Made by a program: the position numbers and the translations under genes | Notes under the pieces: model-generated | Told to the model about the DNA's origin: nothing | Database searches by the model: none | The model's input: the letters and a program-made list of their open reading frames with translations, nothing else | Shown: in pieces, positions 44,451-54,797 of the stretch | How the letters are laid out: each line of letters starts with the position of its first letter | Numbering within the stretch: position 1 is the stretch's first letter | Assembly: GCA_963715505.1 (NCBI GenBank) | Contig: OY970242.1 | Span: forward strand, 1,804,836 to 1,868,835 | Source: an uncultured Microthrixaceae bacterium | GTDB lineage: Bacteria; Actinomycetota; Acidimicrobiia; Acidimicrobiales; VFJN01 | DNA length: 64,000 nucleotides | Reading direction: 5' to 3'

Positions 44451-45251
44451 TCACGGCCAGGGTGCGTCGAGGATGGCGATGGAGGTGACGTCGCCCGTGA
44501 GCAGCACCGGCTCGCCGAGGGTGACCTCCACCGGTCCGCCCGGCATGTGCACGGTGACCCGCTCCCCCGCCAGCTCCCAGTCGCGCGCGGCCGCGGCCGC
44601 CGCGCAGGCACCGGTGCCGCAGGCCTGGGTGGGGCCGACGCCGCGCTCGTAGACCACCATCGCCAGCTCGCCGGTGGCCGCAGCGGGCTGGATCACCTCG
44701 ACGTTGACGCCGCCGGGCGTGGCGTCGCCGATGCGCGCACCGAGGGCCACGAGCTCCTCGGTGCCGGGCAGGGCGGCGCCACCCCAGTGCAGCACGAGGT
44801 GCGGGTTGCCGACGTCGACGTGCACGGCGCGCAGCACGTCGCCCTCGACCCACTCGGGGCGGGCCTCGCCGACCTTGGCCTGGCCCATGTCCACGCTCAT
44901 GCGATGGGCGCGGGGCCCGCTGCGGGAGTGCACGCTGACCGTGCGCGGCCCGGCGTCGGTGGCCACGCGCAGCACCGGCGGGGTCGCCACGCCGGCCTGG
45001 AAGACCGCCTGCGCCAGGCAGCGGATGCCGTTGCCGCTCATCTCGGCGAGGGAGCCGTCGGCGTTGTGCAGCTGCATCGTGACGTCGTTGCCGCCGGTGC
45101 CGGCGGTGACGCGGATCAGCCCGTCGGCACCGATGCCCCGCCGCCGATCGCAGAGCGCCACCGCGACGTCGGCGGGCACGGGGTGGATGCCGTCGAGGTC
45201 GAGCAGGACGAGGAAGTCGTTGCCCAGGCCGTGGTGCTTGGTGAGCCGCAT
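44451..45251 (-). CDS. dapF: diaminopimelate epimerase
   Basis: Shows MRLTKHHGLGNDFLVLLD, SGNGIRC and CGTGACAAAAAA. Confidence 0.9.
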   Translation of the reverse strand: MRLTKHHGLGNDFLVLLDLDGIHPVPADVAVALCDRRRGIGADGLIRVTAGTGGNDVTMQLHNADGSLAEMSGNGIRCLAQAVFQAGVATPPVLRVATDAGPRTVSVHSRSGPRAHRMSVDMGQAKVGEARPEWVEGDVLRAVHVDVGNPHLVLHWGGAALPGTEELVALGARIGDATPGGVNVEVIQPAAATGELAMVVYERGVGPTQACGTGACAAAAAARDWELAGERVTVHMPGGPVEVTLGEPVLLTGDVTSIAILDAPWP

Positions 45252-45290
45252 GCGAGGGCCAGCCTACGGCGGTGGTCGTCCGCCGCCCGC

Positions 45291-45419
45291 CCCGGTTCTT
45301 GCGGCGTCAGGTGACGAGAACCGTCACGTCGCGCCGCAGGAAGTTCGGTTGCGCCGAGCAACCCGGTTCTTGCGGTATCAGGTGACGGGAATCGTCACGT
45401 CGCGCCGCAAGAAGTCGGG
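45291..45419. repeat. two copies of a 58-bp compound-hairpin element (period 71 bp) in the miaA-dapF intergenic region
   Basis: Copy 1 (45291-45348) is CCCGGTTCTTGCGGCGTCAGGTGACGAGAACCGTCACGTCGCGCCGCAGGAAGTTCGG. Copy 2 (45362-45419) is CCCGGTTCTTGCGGTATCAGGTGACGGGAATCGTCACGTCGCGCCGCAAGAAGTCGGG. Each has nested inverted repeats (CTTGCGGCG/CGCCGCAAG and GTGACG/CGTCAC). Confidence 0.75.
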
Positions 45420-45446
45420 TGACCCACGGCGCAATCTGTGGGTGGC

Positions 45447-46365
45447 TCAGCCGTGGGCGAGGTGGTTCGCCAGCTCGGCGGCGAGCTGGTGCACGGGGGT
45501 GGAGGCGTCGAGCCAGGTGATGCGCGGATCGCGCCGGAACCAGGCGCGCTGGCGGCGGGCGAAGCGGCGGGTGCGGCGCACAGCGAGGTCGAGGGCCGCA
45601 TCGAGGTCGAGCTCGCCGTCGAGGTGGGCGAGCAGCTCCTTGTAGCCGAGTGCCTGCGCTGCGGTGCGCGAGATGCCCTTCGGGTGCGCGCGCAGCGCGC
45701 CGACCTCGTCGAGGAAGCCGGCGGCCATCTGGGCGTCGTAGCGGGCCGCGATGCGCTGGTCGAGCTCTGCCGCCTCGCGTGCCAGCCCGACCAGGGCGAA
45801 CGGGCTCGGCGGGTGCACGTCGAGGCCGGGGCCGTAGCTGCTGAAGGGGCGACCGCTGCCGATGGTGACCTCGAGCGCTCGCAGCACCCGTCGCCGGTTG
45901 GCCGGGTCCATCCGGCCGGCGGCGATCGGGTCGACCTCGGCGAGTCGCGCGATGGAGCCCTGCGGTGTCGGGCTCGGCGTCGAGCGCCGCACGCTGCTCG
46001 GGGTAGCGGCCGGGGATGTCGAGGTCGTCGACGAGGGCCTGCACGTACAGCGCCGTGCCGCCGACCAGCAGCGCGCGCCGGCCGCGTCGCTCGACGTCGG
46101 CGAGCGTCGACCGGGCCTGTCGCTGGAACCAGGCGAGCGTGCCGTCCTCCCACGGATCGAGCAGGTCGATGAGGTGGTGCGGCACGTCGGCGCGCTCGGC
46201 GGCGGTCGGCTTCGCCGTGCCGATGTCCATGCCGCGGTACACCTGCATCGAGTCGACCGACACGAGCTCCCACGCCGGGTCCTGCCGTGCCAGCGCCAGC
46301 GCCAGCGCCGACTTGCCCGAGGCGGTCGCCCCCACCAAGGCGGCGTGGCGGCCCGGCGCGGTCAC
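45447..46365 (-). CDS. miaA: tRNA dimethylallyltransferase, apparent +1 frameshift near 45940-45960
   Basis: The N-terminal frame gives LVGATASGKSALAL...DSMQVYRGMDIGTAKP...HHLIDL. The C-terminal frame (track ORF 45447-45992) gives DPANRRRVLRALEV...RFARRQRAWFRRD. Total length is 919 nt (3n+1). The GTG start overlaps the upstream stop (GTGA). Confidence 0.85.
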
Positions 46366-46866
46366 TCGCCGGCCAGGTCCTTGGCGAAGCAGATGGAGCT
46401 GGGCGACTCCTTGTAGCGGCCGTAGGGCGTGATGCGGTGCCACCCGTGGGACTCGTAGAGCGCAACCGCCTCGGGCTGCTCCGTGCCGGTCTCGAGCTGG
46501 ATGCGCCGGTAGCCGAGCTCCGCAGCGATCTCCTCGAGCCGGCGCAGCAGTGCGCGGCTCACGCCGCGACGCCGCGCCGCGGGCGACGTGTACATCCGCT
46601 TGATCTCAGCCACCTGCGCGAGACCGTCGAAGGGCTTCAGCGCGCCGCACCCGATCGGCTCGCCGTCGACGAGGAACGTGCCGCGGGGTCGACGCACCAG
46701 GTCGGCCGTGACCTCGCCCAGGTAACCGGCAGCCTCGTCGGCGAGCTCGGCCTCGCTCCAATCGAGCGTCTCGCCGGCGTAGCGCACGTTGATCTCGTCG
46801 TGGAGGTCGGCCACGAGTCGCCAGCGCGGGGTCGCCGTCGTAGGGCTCCTCGGTGAGCTCGATCAC
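46362..46866 (-). CDS. GNAT family N-acetyltransferase, apparent +1 frameshift near 46810-46825
   Basis: Acetyl-CoA motif RRRGVSRALLRRLEEIAAELGY. The N-terminus VIELTEEPYDGDPALA lies in another frame, starting at GTG 46866 and overlapping the miaB stop. Length is 505 nt (3n+1). Confidence 0.7.
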
Positions 46867-48284
46867 CCGACGAGCAGCGGCAGGCGCGTCTTGTGCGCGG
46901 CCGCCCGGGTGACCTGCACGAGCTCGCCGCGCAGGTGGTGCGGCGCCGCCCCGGTGACGCGCACCGTCGCGTAGCTGCCCGGCTTGATCGGTGCCGAGGC
47001 GAAGTGCAGCAGCTTGTTCTGCCGCGTGCGCCCGGTGAGGACCGCCGGGTCCTTGCGGGAGGGACCCTCCACGAGCACCTCTTCCAGCCGGCCCACCCTC
47101 GCCTCGTGCTTGGCGAGGCCGGAGCGCTCGACGACGATCCGCAGCCGCTCGAAGCGCTCGGCCACGGTGTCGCGGTCGACGAAGTGCTCGACGCGCTCGG
47201 CCGCCTCGGTGCCCGGCCGCGGGCTGTAGATGAAGGTGTAGGCGCTGTCGAAGGCCGCCTCGGCCGCCACCTCGAGCGTCCGCTCGAAGTCGTCGTCGGT
47301 CTCGCCGGGGAACCCGACGATGATGTCGGTGGTGACGGCCAGGTCGTCGATCTCGGCCCGTGCTGCTTCCAGCCGCTCCAGGTAGCGCGCGGCGGTGTAG
47401 CCGCGGTGCATCGCGGCGAGCACCCGGTCGCTGCCGGACTGCAGCGGCAGGTGGAGGTGCTCGCAGACCGTCGGGGTGGCGGCCATGGCGGCGATCGTCT
47501 CGGGCCGCAGGTCCTTGGGGTGGGGGCTCGTGTAGCGGACCCGCTCGATGCCCGGCACCGAGCCGACCGCACCGAGCAGCTCGGCGAACATCGGTCGCAC
47601 CCGCCCCTCGCCGCCGGCCTGGCGGGCCGCGAGGGTGAGGTCACGGCCGTAGCTGTTGACGTTCTGGCCGAGCAGCGTCACCTCGGTGACGCCCTCGGCG
47701 GCCGCGCGCTCGACCTCGGCGACCACGTCGGCCAGCGGACGGCTGATCTCCTTGCCGCGCACCGACGGCACGATGCAGAAGGCGCACGAGTTGTCGCAAC
47801 CGATCTGGATCGTGACCCATCCCGCCCATGGCACCTCGCGCTTCACCGGCAGGGCGGAGGGGAAGGCGTCGAGGTCGTCGGCCACCGCCTCCTCGAGGAT
47901 CTCGACGACCGGACGACCGCCCTCGCGCGCCTCGTGCAACAGCTCGGCGGCACGGTGCACGTTGTGGGTGCCGAACACGACGTCGACGTGGCCCGCCCGC
48001 TCCACCACGCCGTCGCGGTCCTTCTGCGCCAGGCAGCCGCCCACCACGATCTGCAGGTCGGGACGCCGCTCCTTCAACGACTTCAGGTGGCCGAGCGTCC
48101 CGTAGAGCTTGTTGTCCGCGTTCTCCCGGATGCAGCACGTGTTGAGCACCACCACGTCGGCATCGTCGCTGCGGTCGGTCGCCACGAGCCCGTCCGCCTC
48201 GAGCAGGCCGGCGATGCGCTCGGAGTCGTGCTCGTTCATCTGGCACCCGAAGGTGCGCACGAAGAAGCGTCGGGGCGTGCTCAC
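46863..48284 (-). CDS. miaB: tRNA-i6A37 methylthiotransferase
   Basis: Shows FFVRTFGCQMNEHDSE, NTCCIRE, radical-SAM CDNSCAFCIVP and a TRAM C-terminus. GTG start at 48284. Confidence 0.9.
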   Translation of the reverse strand: MSTPRRFFVRTFGCQMNEHDSERIAGLLEADGLVATDRSDDADVVVLNTCCIRENADNKLYGTLGHLKSLKERRPDLQIVVGGCLAQKDRDGVVERAGHVDVVFGTHNVHRAAELLHEAREGGRPVVEILEEAVADDLDAFPSALPVKREVPWAGWVTIQIGCDNSCAFCIVPSVRGKEISRPLADVVAEVERAAAEGVTEVTLLGQNVNSYGRDLTLAARQAGGEGRVRPMFAELLGAVGSVPGIERVRYTSPHPKDLRPETIAAMAATPTVCEHLHLPLQSGSDRVLAAMHRGYTAARYLERLEAARAEIDDLAVTTDIIVGFPGETDDDFERTLEVAAEAAFDSAYTFIYSPRPGTEAAERVEHFVDRDTVAERFERLRIVVERSGLAKHEARVGRLEEVLVEGPSRKDPAVLTGRTRQNKLLHFASAPIKPGSYATVRVTGAAPHHLRGELVQVTRAAAHKTRLPLLVG

Positions 48285-48349
48285 GTCCCGCAGGCTAGAG
48301 CCGCCACGCCGACCTCCCCCAGCCCGGGCGCTCGCCGGCGGACGCGTGG

Positions 48350-48718
48350 TCAGTTCAGGCTGAGGCCGCTGCCGCGCGGGGCGACCGGCTCCTTCTCCAG
48401 CGCGGCGAGCTCGACGACCTCGTCGGGGAGCACCACCTCCCCGTCGGGGATCCGGCGGTGCCGGTCCTCGATCACGAGCCGGATGGCCGTGCGCCGCTCG
48501 CCGTCGATCTCGATGTCGGCGAAGGTGGGCACGCACACGAGGTCGAGCCCGCCGGAGGCCACGTAGCCGCGTGCGATGGCGACCGCCTTGATCGCCTGGT
48601 TGAGCGCACCTGCGCCGACCACCTGCACCTCGACGGCACCATCGTGGCGGAGCACGCCGGCCATCGCCCCGGCGACCGAGTTCGGGTTCGAGCGCGTCGA
48701 GACCTTGAGCTGCTCCAC
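48350..48718 (-). CDS. spoVS: SpoVS family protein with about 35-aa C-terminal extension
   Basis: MEQLKVSTRSNPNSVAGAMAGVLR...GAGALNQAIKAVAIARGYV...DLVCVPTFADIEIDGERRTAIRLVI is closely similar to Bacillus SpoVS as I recall it. Confidence 0.85.
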   Translation of the reverse strand: MEQLKVSTRSNPNSVAGAMAGVLRHDGAVEVQVVGAGALNQAIKAVAIARGYVASGGLDLVCVPTFADIEIDGERRTAIRLVIEDRHRRIPDGEVVLPDEVVELAALEKEPVAPRGSGLSLN

Positions 48719-48801
48719 AGCGGTTGTTTCGACGAGGTGCGAAGTGATCCCTTCCTGCCGGAACCGCCGATTCCGACAGGAAGGTCGGGGTGCGCGCGCG
48801 G

Positions 48802-49875
48802 CTAGTCGCTCAGCGTGATCGGCAGGTCGTCGGGATCGAGCGCGCCATCAGCGTCGGCGACCGCCGGCTGGTCGGGTTCCTCGCCGAGACCCATCTTCAT
48901 GCGGATCTTCTCGGAGATCTCGATCATGACCTCGGGGTTGTCCACGAGGAACTGCTTGGCGTTCTCGCGGCCCTGGCCCAGCTGCTCGCCCTCGTAGGTG
49001 TACCAGGCACCCGACTTCTTCACGATGTCGTTGTCGACCCCGATGTCGAGCACACCGCCCTCGCGGCTGATCCCGTGGCCGTACATGATGTCGAACTCCG
49101 CCTGGCGGAACGGCGAGGCGACCTTGTTCTTCACGACCTTCACCCGGGTGCGGTTGCCGACCACCTCCACGCCGTCCTTGATCGACTCGATGCGCCGGAT
49201 GTCGAGCCGCACCGAGCTGTAGAACTTCAGCGCCCGCCCGCCCGGGGTGGTCTCGGGCGAGCCGAACATGACGCCGATCTTCTCCCGGAGCTGGTTGATG
49301 AAGATGCAGATCGTGTTGGTCTTGTTGAGGTTGGCGGTCAGCTTGCGCAGGGCCTGGGACATGAGCCGCGCCTGGAGCCCGACGTGGCTGTCGCCCATGT
49401 CGCCCTCGATCTCGGCGCGAGGGGTGAGCGCGGCCACGGAGTCGATGACGACGACGTCGATGGCGCCCGAGCGGATCAGCATGTCGGTGATCTCGAGCGC
49501 CTGCTCGCCCGTGTCGGGCTGGGAGATGAGCAGCTCGTCGACGTCGACGCCGATGGCGCGGGCGTAGATCGGGTCCATGGCGTGCTCGGCGTCGACGTAG
49601 GCGCAGATGCCGCCCATGCGCTGCGCCTCGGCCACCACGTGCATGGCGAGCGTCGACTTGCCGGAGGACTCCGGGCCGTAGATCTCCGTGACGCGACCGC
49701 GAGGCAGGCCGCCGATGCCGAGGGCGAGGTCGAGCCCGAGCGCCCCGGTGGGCACGTAGCCGATGTCGAGGGTGGTCTTCTCGCCCATCTTCATCACGGC
49801 ACCCTTGCCGTGCGCCTTCTCGATGCCGGCCAGGGCCAGGTCCAGCGCCTTCTGCTTGTCCTTGTCACGCTCCAC
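48802..49875 (-). CDS. recA: recombinase RecA
   Basis: Shows [55 protein letters not shown]. Confidence 0.97.
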   Translation of the reverse strand: MERDKDKQKALDLALAGIEKAHGKGAVMKMGEKTTLDIGYVPTGALGLDLALGIGGLPRGRVTEIYGPESSGKSTLAMHVVAEAQRMGGICAYVDAEHAMDPIYARAIGVDVDELLISQPDTGEQALEITDMLIRSGAIDVVVIDSVAALTPRAEIEGDMGDSHVGLQARLMSQALRKLTANLNKTNTICIFINQLREKIGVMFGSPETTPGGRALKFYSSVRLDIRRIESIKDGVEVVGNRTRVKVVKNKVASPFRQAEFDIMYGHGISREGGVLDIGVDNDIVKKSGAWYTYEGEQLGQGRENAKQFLVDNPEVMIEISEKIRMKMGLGEEPDQPAVADADGALDPDDLPITLSD

Positions 49876-50013
49876 GGTGGCGTTCCTTTCACGTCGTGCT
49901 GCTCGATCCGGGGGATGCCACCGACCCTACGAAGGGGGTGTGACAGCCGATCCGCTGGCGTCGCCTCGCTCCAGCCGACCACCGGGGCAGCGGGAACGAC
50001 ACCACTGTAGTTA

Positions 50014-50027
50014 CGAACAGCCGTTCG
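50014..50027. promoter_or_regulatory. SOS (Cheo) box CGAACAGCCGTTCG upstream of recA
   Basis: Perfect CGAAC-N4-GTTCG, 139 nt upstream of the recA start. Confidence 0.75.
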
Positions 50028-50028
50028 C

Positions 50029-50319
50029 TCAAGCACCCTCGAGCCAGGCGCGCTCGGTCGACAGGACCTCCAGCTCCGGATGCGACCACACGAAGCGCTC
50101 GACCTCGTCCATGACCGCGTGCGCCTGGCCGACCGACGAGGCCACCACCGCGAACCCCAGCCCGGCCCGCTGCCAGGTGTCCTGGCCGGCTATCTCGGCA
50201 GCCGACACGCCGAAGCGCCGCCGAGCCCCGTCGAGCACCGCGCGCACCACCTGGCGTCGCTCCTTCAACGAGTGCGACGACGGGATGTGGACGTCGAGCT
50301 CGACCGCCAGCACGAACAC
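50029..50319 (-). CDS. DUF503 (YlxP-like) family protein
   Basis: Shows MFVLAVELDVHIPSSHSLKERRQVVRAVLDGARRRF...AAEIAGQDTWQRAGLGFAVV. Confidence 0.7.
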   Translation of the reverse strand: MFVLAVELDVHIPSSHSLKERRQVVRAVLDGARRRFGVSAAEIAGQDTWQRAGLGFAVVASSVGQAHAVMDEVERFVWSHPELEVLSTERAWLEGA

Positions 50320-50326
50320 GATCGCG

Positions 50327-50956
50327 TCAATCGAACTCGGGCCGGCCCCGGGTCGACCGCTTCAACTCGCTGAAGTGGGGGTTCGAGCCGAGCGCCCGCA
50401 CGGCATCCCACAGCTCCACCGCCTCCTTGCCCTTCGGGGCCCGGTTGATCACCGGGCCGAAGAAGCTCGGGCCGTCGGGCGGCTCGAAGGTGAGCACCGG
50501 CGTGCCGATGTTGCCGCCGCAGCGGTCCAGCGCCTCTTGGGTCTCGGCTGCGATCAGCTCGTCGTGGTGCGTGGAGGTGGCGGCGGCGCCCAGCGTGAGG
50601 GGGTAGCCGAGCTCGCCGAGGATCCGCTCGATGCCGGCGGGGTCGTCGAAGGCGGTCGCGTCGCGCTCGAGGTGGATGGTGCGGCCGAGCGCGGTGTAGA
50701 GGGGCAGCACCGCGCCAGGCCCCAGCTCCTCGCGCACGGCGGCCGCCACCCGCAGCAGCTCGAGCCCGCGCGTGTGGCCGCGCTCGTAGCCGGGGCGGAA
50801 GTCCGTCTCGTAGTCGCGCTCCTTGTTGACGATCCGCAGCGAGATGAAGCGCCAGTCGACGTCGAGGGGCTGCTCCTCGATCACGTTCACCACCCAGCGC
50901 GACGTCAGCCACGCCCAGGGGCACACCGGATCCCAGAAGAAGTCGAGGTCAGCCAT
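50327..50956 (-). CDS. DsbA-like thioredoxin-fold protein (CPWAW motif)
   Basis: Shows LDFFWDPVCPWAWLTSRWV...GTPVLTF...FFGPVI. Confidence 0.75.
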   Translation of the reverse strand: MADLDFFWDPVCPWAWLTSRWVVNVIEEQPLDVDWRFISLRIVNKERDYETDFRPGYERGHTRGLELLRVAAAVREELGPGAVLPLYTALGRTIHLERDATAFDDPAGIERILGELGYPLTLGAAATSTHHDELIAAETQEALDRCGGNIGTPVLTFEPPDGPSFFGPVINRAPKGKEAVELWDAVRALGSNPHFSELKRSTRGRPEFD

Positions 50957-51162
50957 GCGCCTGTGTCTAGCGGCATCGGTCCTGCGACGCGCCGCGGGGG
51001 CGGCCGCGCCTCAGAAGACGCGGGCTCGCCGTCGCGGCGCCGGAGCCGCTGGCCGCCCCCGATGCCACGCGACGGCACGGTGCGACGCCAGGAGATGAGA
51101 AACGCTGACACCGTTCGTCACAACCGGTGCGTACCCTCCACCAGGTGCAAGGACCACCCCCC

Positions 51163-52175
<1,013 letters not shown>

Positions 52176-52179
<4 letters not shown>

Positions 52180-52980
52180 CCCAGGCGCTCCGAGCGTTCG
52201 CCGACGGCGCCGTCGTCGCGCGGCGCAACGTCATCAAGATCAAGCGCGACCCCGAGGTGCTCGTCTTCACGCTGATCTCGCCGATCATGTTCGTGCTGCT
52301 CTTCGGCTACGTGTTCGGCGGCGCGATCGACGTGCCCGGCGTGAGCTACCGCGAGTTCCTCGTCGCCGGCATCTTCGCCCAGACGGTGATCTTCGGCGCC
52401 ACCTTCACCGGCGCCGGGCTGGCGCAGGACATGCAGAAGGGCATCATCGACCGGTTCCGGTCGCTGCCGATGGCGCGCTCTGCCGTGCTCGTCGGTCGAA
52501 CGGCGAGCGACGTCGTCTACAACCTGCTGTCGATCCTGGTGATGGGCAGCACCGGCCTGCTCGTGGGCTGGCGCATCCGCAACTCGCTCCTGGAGGCCCT
52601 CGCCGGGCTGCTCCTGCTGCTGCTGTTCGCCTACGCCTTCTCGTGGGTGATGGCGTTCGTGGGGTTGATCGTGCCCGCGCCCGAGGTCGTCAACAACGCG
52701 TCGTTCATCGTGATCTTCCCGCTCACGTTCGTGGCCAACACCTTCGTGCCCGCCAGCGACCTGCCCGGCCCCCTCAAGGCCTTCGCCGACTGGAACCCCG
52801 TGTCGTCGGTCACCCAGGCGTCGCCGCGAGCTGTTCGGCAACGTCGACGGTGCGGCCCCGGTGCCCGACGCGTGGTCGCTGCAGCACCCGGTGCTCTACA
52901 CGCTGCTGTGGGTCGCCCTGATCCTGGCGATCTTCGTGCCGCTCTCGGTCCGCCAGTACAAGCGCGCCGGCACCCGCTGA
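52176..52980 (+). CDS. ABC-2 type permease, apparent +1 frameshift near 52817-52830
   Basis: The first frame reads to ...FADWNPVSSVTQA. The conserved continuation RELFGNVDGAAPVPDAWSLQHPVLYTLLWVALILAIFVPLSVRQYKRAGTR lies in the next frame and ends at 52980. Length is 805 nt (3n+1). The ATGA overlaps the ATPase gene. Confidence 0.8.
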
Positions 52981-52986
52981 GCCGCG

Positions 52987-54225
52987 TCAGCGCCCGAGGC
53001 GCCGGCGGAGGCGGTCGACGCAGGTGATCACGCTCATCTGACGCACCGCCTCGCGGTCGCCGGGGAGCCGGACCAGCACGGCGTCGACCTCGTCGTCGAT
53101 GGCCAGGCCGAGCCAGACGGTGCCGGGCGGCTGGCCCTCCTGCTCGGCCGGACCGGCGACGCCGGTGGTGGACAGGCCGACGTCCGCCCCGAGCAGGCGG
53201 CGGACGTTGTCGGCCATGGCCTCGGCCGCCGCCTGGCAGATCACGGGCCCCTCCGGCACACCGAGGACGTCGAACTTCACCTGGCTGTCGTAGGCCACGA
53301 CCCCGCCACGGAACCACTCGCTCGAGCCCGGGACCGACACCATGCGCGACGCCGCCAGGCCGCCCGTCAGCGACTCCGCCACCGCCACGGTCAGGCCCCG
53401 CTCCTGCAGCATGGCCCCGACGGCGGCTTCGATCGGCTGGTCGTCGTTGGAGAACACGAGCTCCGCGAGCACCGCTCGCACCTCCGCCTCCTCCGCGTCG
53501 AGCAGGGCCAGCGCCGCCTCGGTGGTCTCGGCGCGCGCCGTGAGGCGCACCTTCAGGCCCTCGATGCCGCTGGCGAGGAAGGCGATGGTCGGGTTGCCGA
53601 GCCGGTCGAGCGCGTCGAGCCGTGGGGCGAGCAGCTCGGCGATGCGCGACTCGCTCTCGCCCCACGTGCGAAGGGTGCGGCTCACGATGGTCTGCCGAAC
53701 GCCCGCACGCCGCGCCAGGTCGGGCAGCACGGCCCGCTCGACCATCTCGCGGATCTCGTAGGGCACGCCGGGAACGGCGTAGACGACCTTGCTGCCTGGC
53801 TGCAGGGGGCAGATCAGGCCCGGCGCGGTGCCGACGCGCTGCTCTATGATCGCGGCACCCTCGGGCACGTCGGCCTGGCGCAGGTTGTTGTCGGGCATGG
53901 GCCGGCCCCGGGAGGTGAACATGGACCGGATCCGCTCCGCGACGCCGTCGTCGCGGACGAGCGGCACGCCCATCACCTCGGCGATGGCCTCGCGGGTGAT
54001 GTCGTCCTGGGTGGGCCCCAGCCCGCCGCAGAGGATCACGGCATCGCTGCGGTGCAGCGCCTCGCGGATCGCCTCGACGATGCGCGCCTGGTTGTCGCCG
54101 ACCTTGGTCTGGCGGAGGTGCTCGATGCCGGACAGGGCGAGCTGCTCGCCCATCCACGAGGAGTTGGTGTCGATGATCTGCCCGAGGAGCAGCTCCGTGC
54201 CGACAGCGATGATCTCGCAGCGCAC
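52987..54225 (-). CDS. cinA: CinA family (competence/damage-inducible; NMN amidohydrolase PncC domain) protein
   Basis: Shows EIIAVGTELLLGQIIDTNS...ILCGGLGPTQDDITREA and the C-terminal VAESLTGGL. GTG start at 54225. Confidence 0.85.
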   Translation of the reverse strand: MRCEIIAVGTELLLGQIIDTNSSWMGEQLALSGIEHLRQTKVGDNQARIVEAIREALHRSDAVILCGGLGPTQDDITREAIAEVMGVPLVRDDGVAERIRSMFTSRGRPMPDNNLRQADVPEGAAIIEQRVGTAPGLICPLQPGSKVVYAVPGVPYEIREMVERAVLPDLARRAGVRQTIVSRTLRTWGESESRIAELLAPRLDALDRLGNPTIAFLASGIEGLKVRLTARAETTEAALALLDAEEAEVRAVLAELVFSNDDQPIEAAVGAMLQERGLTVAVAESLTGGLAASRMVSVPGSSEWFRGGVVAYDSQVKFDVLGVPEGPVICQAAAEAMADNVRRLLGADVGLSTTGVAGPAEQEGQPPGTVWLGLAIDDEVDAVLVRLPGDREAVRQMSVITCVDRLRRRLGR

Positions 54226-54233
54226 AGCGGCTC

Positions 54234-54797
54234 CTAGAGGCTTCCGGCGGCGGTGACCGAACGGCTCCCGGCGATGACGTACTGGGCGCCGCTGACGAGC
54301 GTCAGCACGACGGCGACCCACAGCACCCCCGTGGCAACCCAGGTGGCGTCGGTGGCGGTGAGGGGCAGCAGGCCGAAGCCGACGGCCACCGCCTGCACGA
54401 CGGTCTTGGCCTTGGCGAGGCCGGTCGCCGGCACGGCGAGGCCCCGGCGCGCCCAGTAGGAGCGGAAGGCCTGGATGCCCAGCTCTCGCGCGGCCACCAG
54501 CGCCACCGGCAGCCACCAGAAGGTGCCGTTGGCCACGAGGGCCGCCATGGCACCGAGCACGAGGACCTTGTCGGCGAGCGGGTCGAGGAACGCCCCGGAG
54601 CGCGTCGTGCCCTGGCGGCGGGCCAGCACGCCGTCGATGCCATCGGTGACGCACAGCGCGATCCACAGCGTGACGGCGACCCAGCTCGCGCCCGTGTCGA
54701 CGATCATGGCCAGCAGCGGCACCGTGAGGATCAGCCGGCCGATCGTGACGAGGTTGGCCGGCGTCGCCAGCGCCGACGGCCCGAAGTGCGCCGTCAC
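54234..54797 (-). CDS. pgsA: CDP-diacylglycerol--glycerol-3-phosphate 3-phosphatidyltransferase
   Basis: CDP-alcohol phosphotransferase motif DGIDGVLARRQGTTRSGAFLDPLADK. The GTG start overlaps the rimO stop. Confidence 0.85.
   Translation of the reverse strand: MTAHFGPSALATPANLVTIGRLILTVPLLAMIVDTGASWVAVTLWIALCVTDGIDGVLARRQGTTRSGAFLDPLADKVLVLGAMAALVANGTFWWLPVALVAARELGIQAFRSYWARRGLAVPATGLAKAKTVVQAVAVGFGLLPLTATDATWVATGVLWVAVVLTLVSGAQYVIAGSRSVTAAGSL

Noticed and set aside
45291-45419. Possible CRISPR array or tRNA in the miaA-dapF spacer
   Set aside because: There are only two copies, each an extended hairpin. No cloverleaf can be drawn and there is no spacer-repeat periodicity.
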